Shown in pieces: positions 1-8,098 of a stretch of 37,138 nucleotides of DNA. The stretch comes from Candidatus Hydrothermota bacterium (lineage in GTDB: Bacteria; Hydrothermota; Hydrothermia; UBA1063). Positions within the stretch are counted from its first letter, which is position 1; each line of letters starts with the position of its first letter. The notes under the pieces are model-generated. The model did no database searches and was not told the DNA's origin. It saw only the letters and a list, made by a program, of their open reading frames with translations. The stretch is from positions 1-37,138 of the forward strand of contig QNDO01000001.1 of assembly GCA_003644895.1 (NCBI GenBank), read 5' to 3'. The translations under genes were made by a program, and so were the position numbers.

Positions 1-230
1 GGATCCGGCATCTGTTCATAACTTCTAATTACTCTCTTTAAAGTTTTTACAGTAAGATAGCCTGTGATCAATAGAATATCCGCCTGACGCGGAGTTGCCA
101 TTGGGGCTATCCCAAATCTTTCCATATCAAATCTCGATGTCATTGTGGGAGGCATTTCTACCGCACCACAGCCGGTGCAGAAGTGCATCATCCATAAAGA
201 TCTTGATTGAGCAAATTTGAAAAGTCCCAT
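1..230 (-). CDS. NuoB/MbxJ-like 20-kDa [4Fe-4S] subunit of a group-4-hydrogenase-related complex; 5' part only, gene runs off the left edge
   Basis: My own reverse-strand translation from the ATG at 230 gives MGLFKFAQSRSLWMMHFCTGCGAVEMPPTMTSRFDMERFGIAPMATPRQADILLITGYLTVKTLKRVIRSYEQMPDP. It has NuoB-family blocks (SLW, C-x2-C-x2-E, FG..P..SPRQAD-like, Y.QMP.P). A GGTGAG Shine-Dalgarno lies 4 nt upstream. It is absent from the ORF track because it is open at the edge. Confidence 0.85.
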   Translation of the reverse strand, partial: MGLFKFAQSRSLWMMHFCTGCGAVEMPPTMTSRFDMERFGIAPMATPRQADILLITGYLTVKTLKRVIRSYEQMPD

Positions 231-235
231 TTTTC

Positions 236-1129
236 TCACCTCCAGATTGCAACAATGAGTAAGCCTATAAGGCTTATGACGAGCGGGTATTTCCAGTAAA
301 ATTTAACAGCCTGCCCAATTCTAAATCTCGGCATAACTGCATTAATAATCACTAGAGTGATGAAGAGAAAAAATGTTTTCAATATGAAGGTCAACCAGTT
401 ACCTCCACCAAAGAATATATCCACAACAAGGCCGGTCTCAACAATGATACCTACAGCATGATAGAGCTGGAGCAATCCAAGGAATTTTCCACTGTATTCC
501 ACCATTGGTCCTGACGCAATTTCATGGGGAGCAATCACCTGATCGAAGGGTTTTTCACCCATCATACCATGGAGGGCTATAAGTCCTGCAAAAGCAGATA
601 TAAAGAATGGGAAGACATTCCAATGAGGAAAGGCAGATTGTACAGTAACAAGAGTCGCTATGGATGCGGTTCTGTGATGTATCATCGGAGCAAGAACCGA
701 AAGGAAGAATACCAACTCATACCCCAGCATGAGGGTTAATCCTCTTGCTATACCTATGGTTGCGTTGGGATTTGCCCCCTCGCCTGCTCCCAAAGCCATT
801 CCCAATGGAGCAACTACAAGAAGATAAAATACCACGAAAATATCGCCTTCAAAAGAGAAGAGGGGTCTGAAACTCCCGAGAGGAATGAAAAATAGGCTTA
901 CAAGAACCCCGGTAAAGGCAATTACGGGCCCCAGATTGAACATTACCCCGTGACTTGCTTCGTTACTCTTGGCAAACAGCTTGAGAACGTCCAGAATATT
1001 CTGATAGAAGGGGGGACCATATCTTCTGTGAATCCTTGCTATAACTTTACGTGCAATACCTCCATATAGGAGTCCAAGAATAATTACTCCAAAAACTATT
1101 CCCAGGTATTCAATAATTTTCAGAACCAT
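236..1129 (-). CDS. NuoH/MbxM-like integral membrane subunit (complex I subunit 1 / HycD / EchB family)
   Basis: The 297-aa polytopic protein has a NuoH-type N-terminal block (RKVIARIHRRYGPPFYQNILDVLKLFAK). It lies 5 nt upstream of the NuoB-like gene and overlaps the preceding gene by 10 nt. Confidence 0.85.
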   Translation of the reverse strand: MVLKIIEYLGIVFGVIILGLLYGGIARKVIARIHRRYGPPFYQNILDVLKLFAKSNEASHGVMFNLGPVIAFTGVLVSLFFIPLGSFRPLFSFEGDIFVVFYLLVVAPLGMALGAGEGANPNATIGIARGLTLMLGYELVFFLSVLAPMIHHRTASIATLVTVQSAFPHWNVFPFFISAFAGLIALHGMMGEKPFDQVIAPHEIASGPMVEYSGKFLGLLQLYHAVGIIVETGLVVDIFFGGGNWLTFILKTFFLFITLVIINAVMPRFRIGQAVKFYWKYPLVISLIGLLIVAIWR

Positions 1130-2925
1130 AGTTTACCTCCATAGATTAAGATTAAGAGGAGAAGAGTAAACCCCAGGTAAACTATATAGTCGCCGTGACT
1201 ACCACTGTACACTCTCCTTACAGCATCTCCCAACCCATCAACAAATTTAGAAAGCCAGTCATATAAGGACTCTATTCGTAATTTAAGAAAGCCTTTTATT
1301 TCTCTTTCCAGAAAGAGGTAAAAGTCATCTACATAATGGAGTTTATAACTTTCGTCCACAACCTCACCGGCTGTGAAATTATCGAATTGATGCACTTTCC
1401 TGGTTCTGCCGCCAAGAAGATAAACTATGAAAGCAAAGACAAAGGCTGCAGCAAACACAATTCCCACATAAAGTGCATTAAATTTGCCCAGTGAGGTGAC
1501 AATGTATGAGTAGCTATGTTCTATCTTGCCGATTCCAAATATGGAGAGGAATCTATCGATATAATAGAGTACTATTCCAGGCTGCACACCAAAGAGGAGC
1601 AAAGGAATTAAGAGAACTATAATCGGGAAGGTGAAGTTAAAAGGTGCCTCTTTTAGATCTTCATATTTAGAGGGTAGTGGACCAAGAAATATAGAGTACA
1701 CAAGTCTGAAGGAATACAGAAATGCGGTTATTGATGCGGTAAAAATGACTGCCGCAAGGAGTATTCTACCCTCTATTATAAAACTTTCGTATAACATCCA
1801 CTTGCCAGGGAAACCCACTGTAGGTGGAATACCGGATAATGCAATGATCCCGAAAAGAAGACCTATGAAAGAAACGGGCATCTTTTTGATCAATCCTCCC
1901 AGTTCCGTCATTCTGGTTGTGCCTGTCCTGTAGGCAACAGATGCAATGGTGAAGAAGAGGAGGGTTTCAAAGATTGCGTGGCCAACAAATTGAAAAGCTC
2001 CAGCTGATATGGATAAGGGGGTTGCAAGAGCGATACCCGCTACAACATACCCGAGCTGGCTTATGCTGGAATAAGCGAGAAGTTCCTTTGAATCATCCTT
2101 TGTTGTGGCATATATTCCTGCAAAAAGGGCAGTAATACCTCCGAGCCACGCAAGAGTGAGCTGCAGGTACTTTGCCCCTATAAAGAATTTCGCAAAAGTG
2201 TAAAACATTATGAGGAAGTAGCCGAAAATTCCTATCTTCGAAACAGCGCCGGATAAAAGCGCAGTGAAGGAATGAGGACTATCTCTATAAGCATCCTTAA
2301 CCCAAACATGGAACGGCATCAGAGCGGATTTTACCGCAAATCCAGCAAAGAGTAGAAGAAATAGTACTAACTTCTGTGCTTTACCAAGATAGTGGACCTC
2401 ATTCATGAAATAGCTGCCTGTAAATCTGTACAATATCGCTATTGCTGCCACTATAAAATATGCACCCAATAGATTCCATATGAGATACTTAACGGCACTT
2501 TCCTTCCTGCCATCCCAGATACCAAAGAATGAAAATAAGGTAACAAGCTCCAAGGAGAGGAAAAGTGTTATGGAATCGTATGCATTCACAAAGAGAAGCA
2601 TTCCGGCAAGCAGGAACTGTACAGATAGGTAATAGAAATCACTGTGTTTTTCCTTGAATGAAGCAAGAATGGAAAGGAAGCCTATCACCACCACTATCTC
2701 CCCGATAAGCCAGGACAGGGGAGAAAAGGCCACAGCGTGGAGTTTGAATAACCCTATATCTATGGTGAAACCATATAACTTTCCATATAAGATGGAGTGG
2801 AAATAAAGGGAAAGTGTTGAACTGGTGAAGGCAATCGCATGTCCGAGGTGTTTCGAAATCTTGGCGCCGAGGTAAGTGAGAATCCCACCAACAAATAAAA
2901 TTAGCAAAATATAGAAAAGGGTCAT
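1120..2925 (-). CDS. MrpD/NuoL-family proton-conducting antiporter-like subunit with C-terminal extension (MbxH'-equivalent)
   Basis: About 600-aa polytopic protein with the Proton_antipo_M-type core (WVKDAY..SPHSFTALLSG..SKIGIFG, SSISQLGYV). I prefer the ATG at 2925 (GGAGG 6 nt upstream) over the track's TTG at 2931. About 130 extra C-terminal residues extend beyond the MrpD core. Confidence 0.8.
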   Translation of the reverse strand: MTLFYILLILFVGGILTYLGAKISKHLGHAIAFTSSTLSLYFHSILYGKLYGFTIDIGLFKLHAVAFSPLSWLIGEIVVVIGFLSILASFKEKHSDFYYLSVQFLLAGMLLFVNAYDSITLFLSLELVTLFSFFGIWDGRKESAVKYLIWNLLGAYFIVAAIAILYRFTGSYFMNEVHYLGKAQKLVLFLLLFAGFAVKSALMPFHVWVKDAYRDSPHSFTALLSGAVSKIGIFGYFLIMFYTFAKFFIGAKYLQLTLAWLGGITALFAGIYATTKDDSKELLAYSSISQLGYVVAGIALATPLSISAGAFQFVGHAIFETLLFFTIASVAYRTGTTRMTELGGLIKKMPVSFIGLLFGIIALSGIPPTVGFPGKWMLYESFIIEGRILLAAVIFTASITAFLYSFRLVYSIFLGPLPSKYEDLKEAPFNFTFPIIVLLIPLLLFGVQPGIVLYYIDRFLSIFGIGKIEHSYSYIVTSLGKFNALYVGIVFAAAFVFAFIVYLLGGRTRKVHQFDNFTAGEVVDESYKLHYVDDFYLFLEREIKGFLKLRIESLYDWLSKFVDGLGDAVRRVYSGSHGDYIVYLGFTLLLLILIYGGKLWF

Positions 2926-2927
2926 GG

Positions 2928-4385
2928 TCAACCTCCAATTACCAGATTTATGTATGAAAACTTCATAAATATCGCTTCAGATGCTTTTTCAAAGAGAGGA
3001 GTGATTAATCCCGGATTTACGCCAATAATAATTATGAATGCAGCCATAGCAATGATGGGCATTGCTTCAAGAAGATGGATTTCAAGATGAGAAGCCTCTT
3101 CATTTCTTTCGTAAAGGATTTTCATAAATCTCACATAGTAATAAACTTCGACTATTGCACCCGTCAAAATCAGAGAGAGTAAGAGATAAAGCCCTTGTTT
3201 CCCGGTGGATAAAAGAATAGATAACTTGCTCCAGAATCCTGCAAATAAAGGAAATCCTAAAAGGTTAAGAATAGCCAGAGAAAACAGGAGACCAAGCAGA
3301 GGGTTTTTCCTTCCCAGCCCTTTGTAATCATCCAGTTTATAAATCCCGAGATTTTTGATCACCATTCCCACCAGTAAAAAGAGAGCAACCTTTGACACTG
3401 CATGATTTACACCCTGAAATATAGCTGCTTTTAAGGCAGGGATTGTGCCTATCCCAAAAATTGCCACAACAAGTCCCATCTGACCTATGGAAGAATATGC
3501 TAACATTCTTTTAACCCGCTTCTGCTTCAGAGCTGATAATTCTGCAATCAGAAACGTCATAATTCCAAAAACGATTAATAGCTTGCTTCTTAATGGTAAA
3601 TCCAACAGAGTAAAGGTAAGCCTTATTAAAGCGTAGAGGCCGGCTTTTGAAATAACTCCTGCAAGAAGTGCAGAAATTCCCTCTCCAGCGCCCTGGTACG
3701 CATCCGGGGCCCAGCCATTGAATGGAAAAATTTCAGATTCCACAAAGAAAGCTACAAGAATCAGAAGGAAGGCAACAAGTGCAACACTTTTATTTATAAA
3801 AGGCAACTTTGCGGCGATATCTGCTATATTTAAGGTACCTGTCTGTCCATAAAGAAGCGCGATTGCCACGAGAAAAAGAGAGGAACCTATGGAGCTAATT
3901 ATTAGATATTTTATACCCCCTTCCAGCGATGCTTTCTGTTTCCTTATGGAGACCAGTGCGTATGATGAGATGGCAGTAATCTCAAAAAATACAAACAGAT
4001 TGAAAAGATCTCCAGTCATAATAATTCCGGATGCGCCCATTAAATTTAGAATGAGGAGAGTGAAAAATTTGTCTTCAGGTTCCTCACCGGGGTGAGCAAG
4101 ATAATATAATGAAATCAGGAAGCCAATTGTTAGTACAATTAGAAGAAATACAGCGGAGAATGGTTCCACAACCAGATTGATAGAAAAGGGAGGTTTAAAT
4201 CCCGCAGTATAGGCAATTACTGGTGTTCTCAGAGATTTGAGTGCTAGACTAGCACCGATGTATAGATCGAAACCAATGGTTAAAAAGGCAATTATTTTTC
4301 CTGTACGTTTTACGAAAGGAGAGATAAGTGCTATGAAAAAAGCACCGAAAAGTGATATTGCAATAATCAGTATCGGATTCACCAT
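2928..4385 (-). CDS. MrpD/NuoN-family antiporter-like subunit (MbxH-equivalent)
   Basis: The 485-aa polytopic protein has an MrpD/NuoM/N-type core (FPFNGWAPDAYQGA, LAYSSIGQMG). An AAGGAG SD lies upstream, and the gene overlaps the MrpC-like stop by 7 nt. Confidence 0.85.
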   Translation of the reverse strand: MVNPILIIAISLFGAFFIALISPFVKRTGKIIAFLTIGFDLYIGASLALKSLRTPVIAYTAGFKPPFSINLVVEPFSAVFLLIVLTIGFLISLYYLAHPGEEPEDKFFTLLILNLMGASGIIMTGDLFNLFVFFEITAISSYALVSIRKQKASLEGGIKYLIISSIGSSLFLVAIALLYGQTGTLNIADIAAKLPFINKSVALVAFLLILVAFFVESEIFPFNGWAPDAYQGAGEGISALLAGVISKAGLYALIRLTFTLLDLPLRSKLLIVFGIMTFLIAELSALKQKRVKRMLAYSSIGQMGLVVAIFGIGTIPALKAAIFQGVNHAVSKVALFLLVGMVIKNLGIYKLDDYKGLGRKNPLLGLLFSLAILNLLGFPLFAGFWSKLSILLSTGKQGLYLLLSLILTGAIVEVYYYVRFMKILYERNEEASHLEIHLLEAMPIIAMAAFIIIIGVNPGLITPLFEKASEAIFMKFSYINLVIGG

Positions 4386-4723
4386 CTCATCTCCTTTATT
4401 TTTCTAATATCTAAGGAATTATTCTTTTCATATATTCTTACTACTATAGAAAGAGCCATTGCAGTGACAGCAACACCTATAACTATGGCTGTGAGAACAA
4501 GAGCCTGAGGTATAGGATCAACCACTTTTGTCCAAGTTTTGTTCATAATAGGTGCAGTTCCACCACTTATATACCCTGTGGTTATAAGAAGAAGATTCAC
4601 CCCTGTCTCCATAATATTCAATCCAATTATAATCTTGATGAGATTCCTTTTGGTTGCTGCGATCATGATTCCGCCAATAATTAAAGCAATGGCAGCACCG
4701 TAAAACATTGCTCCGCCATTCAT
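4379..4723 (-). CDS. MrpC/NuoK-like small membrane subunit (MbxG-equivalent)
   Basis: 114 aa with three TM segments and the block IGLNIMETGVNLLLI, typical of MnhC/NuoK. It has an ATGA overlap with the upstream gene. Confidence 0.8.
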   Translation of the reverse strand: MNGGAMFYGAAIALIIGGIMIAATKRNLIKIIIGLNIMETGVNLLLITTGYISGGTAPIMNKTWTKVVDPIPQALVLTAIVIGVAVTAMALSIVVRIYEKNNSLDIRKIKEMRW

Positions 4724-5403
4724 TTCTCTTCCTCCTTAAGATTTCTAAGAACACCGGTCATCTCGGCTCCCACTTTGAATCCAATTAAAATATAGATAAG
4801 GGGAATAATTCCGGCGCTCAGCAACTTGCCGGGTATACCTTTAGGGAGGAAGTTAGCAAGAAAACTGTTTAGCATTACAAGTCCTAACAGCCCTGTGATA
4901 ACATAGAGTATACCTGCTGTTCCTTCGGTGAGAGAAAGGGTTTTTTCAGAAACTTCCTTTTGTGTATAGGCTAAGAATAAGAGGAGAAAGGCAGAAGCTA
5001 TAATCACCCCTCCGGGAAAACCACCTCCAGGTGTTAGATGTCCGTGAACAAATACATATGTGCCAAAAAGAATGATAAGTGGAAAGATATATCTTGCTGC
5101 TGTGCTGACAATTAGAGAAGAGGGTTCTTTTTCTTTCGATTTAAATCTCAATCCGTGAAGCAGGGCTCCAAGAGCTGTGGCAGCAAGGAAAAGTACAGTT
5201 ACTTCTCCGAGTGTATCAAAACCCCTGTAAAGAACCACCACCGCAGTGACAATATTCTGGGAACCTGTCTCCTTCATTCCGTAATCTATATAATGTCTGG
5301 CAACAACTGTTTTGTCCTCGCCGAAAGTATTATATTTAACCACACTGTAAAGAGACAGTCCTAGCAGTACAAATAGAAGAATAATCAATACTTTTTTTAT
5401 CAT
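4720..5403 (-). CDS. MrpB (MnhB-domain) membrane subunit (MbxF-equivalent)
   Basis: 227 aa containing the MnhB signature NIVTAVVVLYRGFDTLGEVTVLF. It has an ATGA overlap with the upstream gene. Confidence 0.8.
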   Translation of the reverse strand: MIKKVLIILLFVLLGLSLYSVVKYNTFGEDKTVVARHYIDYGMKETGSQNIVTAVVVLYRGFDTLGEVTVLFLAATALGALLHGLRFKSKEKEPSSLIVSTAARYIFPLIILFGTYVFVHGHLTPGGGFPGGVIIASAFLLLFLAYTQKEVSEKTLSLTEGTAGILYVITGLLGLVMLNSFLANFLPKGIPGKLLSAGIIPLIYILIGFKVGAEMTGVLRNLKEEEK

Positions 5404-5651
5404 TTTTCAAACCTCTCTGTTTTCTTCAAAACATAAACGAAAATACCTGTTGTGAGTCCTGCTCCAATTGCAGCTTCGGTGATAGCTACATCTGGTGCTT
5501 GAAGGATTAAATAAAGGATAGATGCTATCAGACTGATGGTACCTGAAGAGAGTACCGCTACAAGAAGATCTTTTGTGACCCAAGCTACTATGGTAGCACC
5601 GAGCATGAAGAGGACCAAGATGGAAACAAATATGATAATTATACTACTCAT
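5400..5651 (-). CDS. DUF4040/MbhD-MbxD-like small membrane subunit (MrpA C-terminal-like)
   Basis: The block LQAPDVAITEAAIGAGLTTG is typical of the DUF4040/MrpB-N family. I prefer the start at MSSIII (5651) because the track start at 5681 would overlap the MrpG-like gene by 38 nt. Confidence 0.7.
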   Translation of the reverse strand: MSSIIIIFVSILVLFMLGATIVAWVTKDLLVAVLSSGTISLIASILYLILQAPDVAITEAAIGAGLTTGIFVYVLKKTERFEK

Positions 5652-5970
5652 CTTTTTCCTCCCCGTATTGATCAACAACACTTTTTTCTGTTAATTTAAC
5701 CCCCATTTTGTAGCTTGCTCTCCCTATGGCATGGGCTGCGACGGGGTTTGTGAGAAGTAAGAAGAATGCAATAACGAGTGACTTGAGGAACCAGGAGGGT
5801 TCTATTATGCCCACACCCACTATGGTGGAAAAAGCTCCGAGTGTTGTGCATTTTGTTCCTGCCTGCAGTCTGTTGTAAACATCGGGCATTCTGAAGACTC
5901 CGAGGGAACCCAGAAACAAAAAGATAACTCCGATTAAAATCAATATTTCACCAAAAATCATGTTCCACAT
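5644..5970 (-). CDS. MrpG (MnhG) subunit (MbxC-equivalent)
   Basis: 108 aa with FRMPDVYNRLQAGTKCTTLG and NPVAAHAIGRA, which are MnhG/PhaG hallmarks. A GGAGG lies 6 nt upstream. Confidence 0.85.
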   Translation of the reverse strand: MWNMIFGEILILIGVIFLFLGSLGVFRMPDVYNRLQAGTKCTTLGAFSTIVGVGIIEPSWFLKSLVIAFFLLLTNPVAAHAIGRASYKMGVKLTEKSVVDQYGEEKDE

Positions 5971-6242
5971 CAGAGACCTCCTTCGAAATACCTAGCAATG
6001 GCAAGCACAGTTATGAAGGCAAGGACTGCATATACAAGGGCAACATCCATATATATTCCTCTCTTGAAGAAAAGAGAGAACAGAACAAGAAGTGCTGTTG
6101 TTACTGTAGTCATGGCATCGACTGAGACAACTCTGTCAGAGGAGGTAGGACCAAGAATAAACCGGAGGAAAAGCAGAAACAGGCCCAGAAGAATAAAGCC
6201 TGCATAGATATACCACATCAATCCAGAAACCGCTTGAGACAT
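5970..6242 (-). CDS. MrpF (MnhF) subunit (MbxB-equivalent)
   Basis: 90 aa with three TM segments and an LGPTSSDRVVSVDAMTT block typical of MnhF. A GGGAGG lies 8 nt upstream of the ATG at 6242. Confidence 0.8.
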   Translation of the reverse strand: MSQAVSGLMWYIYAGFILLGLFLLFLRFILGPTSSDRVVSVDAMTTVTTALLVLFSLFFKRGIYMDVALVYAVLAFITVLAIARYFEGGL

Positions 6243-6718
6243 CTTTCAAACCTCCCTGATATGGCTTTTGATGCTTCTTCTGTATCGGTTGTTTGTACAT
6301 TTATCCAGTGGATATACAGGGTATCATCCTTAATATCCAGAGTGAAGGTTCCTGGGGTAAGTGTAATGGAATTGGCAACAAGGAGCTTACCAAGATCACT
6401 TTTCATATTGGTTTTGATCTTTACAATGCCGGGTTTAATAGGTAGTTTTGGGTGAATTACTCTATACGCAACATCGAGGTTTGCCTTTATCATCTCCCAG
6501 ATGAGATAAGGAAAGTAAATAATTCCGCAGAATATTTTTTTGGGAGTAAGGTTCAAAAGTCCCTTTTCAGTAAAGTAGCGGTATGTGAAGAGTGCCAGTA
6601 CAAGAGAAATTACGACTCCGGCAATGAGTTCCTCTGAATCTAATTTACCAGTGAAAATTACCCAGAGGATAAACATAATAATGGCTGTATACAGCCATCT
6701 GGAGATGTTTTTCATCAT
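6218..6718 (-). CDS. MrpE (MnhE) subunit (MbxA-equivalent), first gene of the operon
   Basis: 166 aa with two N-terminal TM segments followed by a soluble domain (ANLDVAYRVIHP, ITLTPGT), as in MnhE. A GGAGG lies directly upstream, and the ATG may be at 6718 or 6715. Confidence 0.75.
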   Translation of the reverse strand: MMKNISRWLYTAIIMFILWVIFTGKLDSEELIAGVVISLVLALFTYRYFTEKGLLNLTPKKIFCGIIYFPYLIWEMIKANLDVAYRVIHPKLPIKPGIVKIKTNMKSDLGKLLVANSITLTPGTFTLDIKDDTLYIHWINVQTTDTEEASKAISGRFERCLKRFLD

Positions 6719-6735
6719 CCCTCCTTGTGCAAGTT

Positions 6736-6757
6736 ATAATTTTCACATGAAAATTAT
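6736..6757. promoter_or_regulatory. 22-bp palindrome ATAATTTTCA-ca-TGAAAATTAT (candidate operator) in the Mbx-like/cupin divergent region
   Basis: Read directly: a perfect 10+10 inverted repeat with a 2-nt centre. It overlaps the -10 element and predicted start site of the minus-strand operon promoter. Confidence 0.6.
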
Positions 6758-6781
6758 GACACTTTAATCATGTTTTGTCAA
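6753..6781 (-). promoter_or_regulatory. Sigma-70-type promoter for the Mrp/Mbx-like operon (TTGACA-17-CATAAT)
   Basis: On the minus strand, TTGACA is the complement of 6776-6781. A 17-nt spacer follows, and CATAAT is the complement of 6753-6758. The promoter lies about 35 nt upstream of the MrpE-like ATG. Confidence 0.6.
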
Positions 6782-6843
6782 GCATTACTCTTTCCTTGAA
6801 ATTTCGTCCTCAAGAATCTAAAATTTACCAAAAGGAGGCTAAA

Positions 6844-7188
6844 ATGAAGGCGAAAGCGGTTCATTATACAGAAATTGTGGAAAAACCTGTAGAAATGGAA
6901 GGTGTTAAGGATGTTACAATAAGATGGTTGATTTCGGTAGAGGATAATGCACCAAATTTCTATATGAGAATGTTTACAGTTCAACCTGGTGGTTATACAC
7001 CATACCATTCACATCCTTACGAACACGAGGTTTTTATTCTCGAAGGAGAGGGGATTGTGGTAATAGAGGATAAAGAGCACAAAATGAAAGAAGGATATGT
7101 TATAGCTGTTCCTCCAGATGTAAAGCATCAGTTTAAAAATACAGGAAATGGAGCTTTAAGATTTTTATGTTTGATTCCAAAGCGTTGA
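6844..7188 (+). CDS. Small single-domain cupin protein
   Basis: The cupin_2 motifs are present (GGYTPYHSHPYEHEVFILEGEG ... PPDVKHQFKNTG). I prefer the ATG at 6844 (AAGGAGG 6 nt upstream) over the track start at 6775. Confidence 0.8.
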   Translation: MKAKAVHYTEIVEKPVEMEGVKDVTIRWLISVEDNAPNFYMRMFTVQPGGYTPYHSHPYEHEVFILEGEGIVVIEDKEHKMKEGYVIAVPPDVKHQFKNTGNGALRFLCLIPKR

Positions 7189-7189
7189 A

Positions 7190-8098
7190 TTAGAAACCCC
7201 ACAACAGTTCTAAGCCTATATATACTGTTCCGGAGGGTTGGGGTTTGGTATATAAAGTCGCACCAGCTTCAATTTTAAGATAATCTCGAAGGATGATTTT
7301 AATATCATATAGCATAATTGTGTTTTTATTTGTCACATCATAAATAAGGAGGACATAAGGTATCTCAAAAACCTTCTGGGGAAATGTGAACTCAACGGCT
7401 GTGATGAAGTCCGATTGAAAAATTCCACCTGGAAGATGAATCAGAAACTTATGATTGGCGTGAAGAAAATGTAAACTCGCAATTGTACCTACTATATTCT
7501 TCTCAACCATACCATGTAGTGTGTTATTATCATCTTCCCTGAAGAAGCTTAATCTTACAGTCCATGGACCTATGTAAGCGCCGAATATCCCTTTTTTGAA
7601 TTCTTTTTCATTTCTACCGTATAAACCAAGTAAAAATCTGCCGTAATCAAGCTGAATTTCGGCTTCTTCATTCCAGTTATTTTTATTTCTGTATATGAAA
7701 ATATTTGAGGTAAAATTAGAAGATGAATACCTTAAAAATCCACCCCAATCTCCTTCAAGATGGGTAGCAATAGTATTAAACATATTTTTTCTTGAAAGTG
7801 GATTAAAGACACTTGGGAAACCTGGTATGTAGACTAATTTTCCGCCTTTTAATTCAAACCTTTTAAAATACAGTTTTCCGTAAAACTGAAAGAGCTTCCA
7901 TTTTTTCTCTTCTTGTTCTTTGTAGTTATAGTAAGTATATCCACCAGTACTATACAACCTCACGTTATTGAATCGAGCTTTCATGTTCAAGATTGGGCTT
8001 GCATAAATTCCAGCTTCATCGTCACCGTGCCTAAAAGTTACAAAAGAATCAAAGGTAAAGGTGAAATGAAAAGCAGTGAAAAGGAGTATGATTATCAT
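7190..8098 (-). CDS. Predicted outer-membrane beta-barrel of unknown family (cassette B)
   Basis: 302 aa with an N-terminal signal-like segment, a Tyr/Phe/Gly/Asn-rich alternating pattern, and a C-terminal beta-signal ending ...GLELLWGF. It has an ATGA overlap with the LolA-like gene. Confidence 0.6.
   Translation of the reverse strand: MIIILLFTAFHFTFTFDSFVTFRHGDDEAGIYASPILNMKARFNNVRLYSTGGYTYYNYKEQEEKKWKLFQFYGKLYFKRFELKGGKLVYIPGFPSVFNPLSRKNMFNTIATHLEGDWGGFLRYSSSNFTSNIFIYRNKNNWNEEAEIQLDYGRFLLGLYGRNEKEFKKGIFGAYIGPWTVRLSFFREDDNNTLHGMVEKNIVGTIASLHFLHANHKFLIHLPGGIFQSDFITAVEFTFPQKVFEIPYVLLIYDVTNKNTIMLYDIKIILRDYLKIEAGATLYTKPQPSGTVYIGLELLWGF

Noticed and set aside
1-6. The window begins with GGATCC (BamHI/Sau3AI-compatible), and its length of about 37 kb is fosmid/cosmid-like. 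This suggests a cloned insert boundary.
   Set aside because: It is not a biological feature. GGATCC also occurs internally several times (for example near 9043, 15996, 28706, 31069 and 36215), so this is only circumstantial.
6775-6843. The ORF track extends the cupin ORF by 23 codons upstream (MSSITLSLKFRPQESKIYQKEAK).
   Set aside because: The internal ATG at 6844 has an AAGGAGG SD at ideal spacing. The extension would start inside the divergent promoter region.
7186-7192. The cupin stop and the cassette B barrel stop converge with a 1-nt gap and no terminator.
   Set aside because: This is real, but it is ordinary compact-genome packing. Nothing further can be inferred from the sequence.
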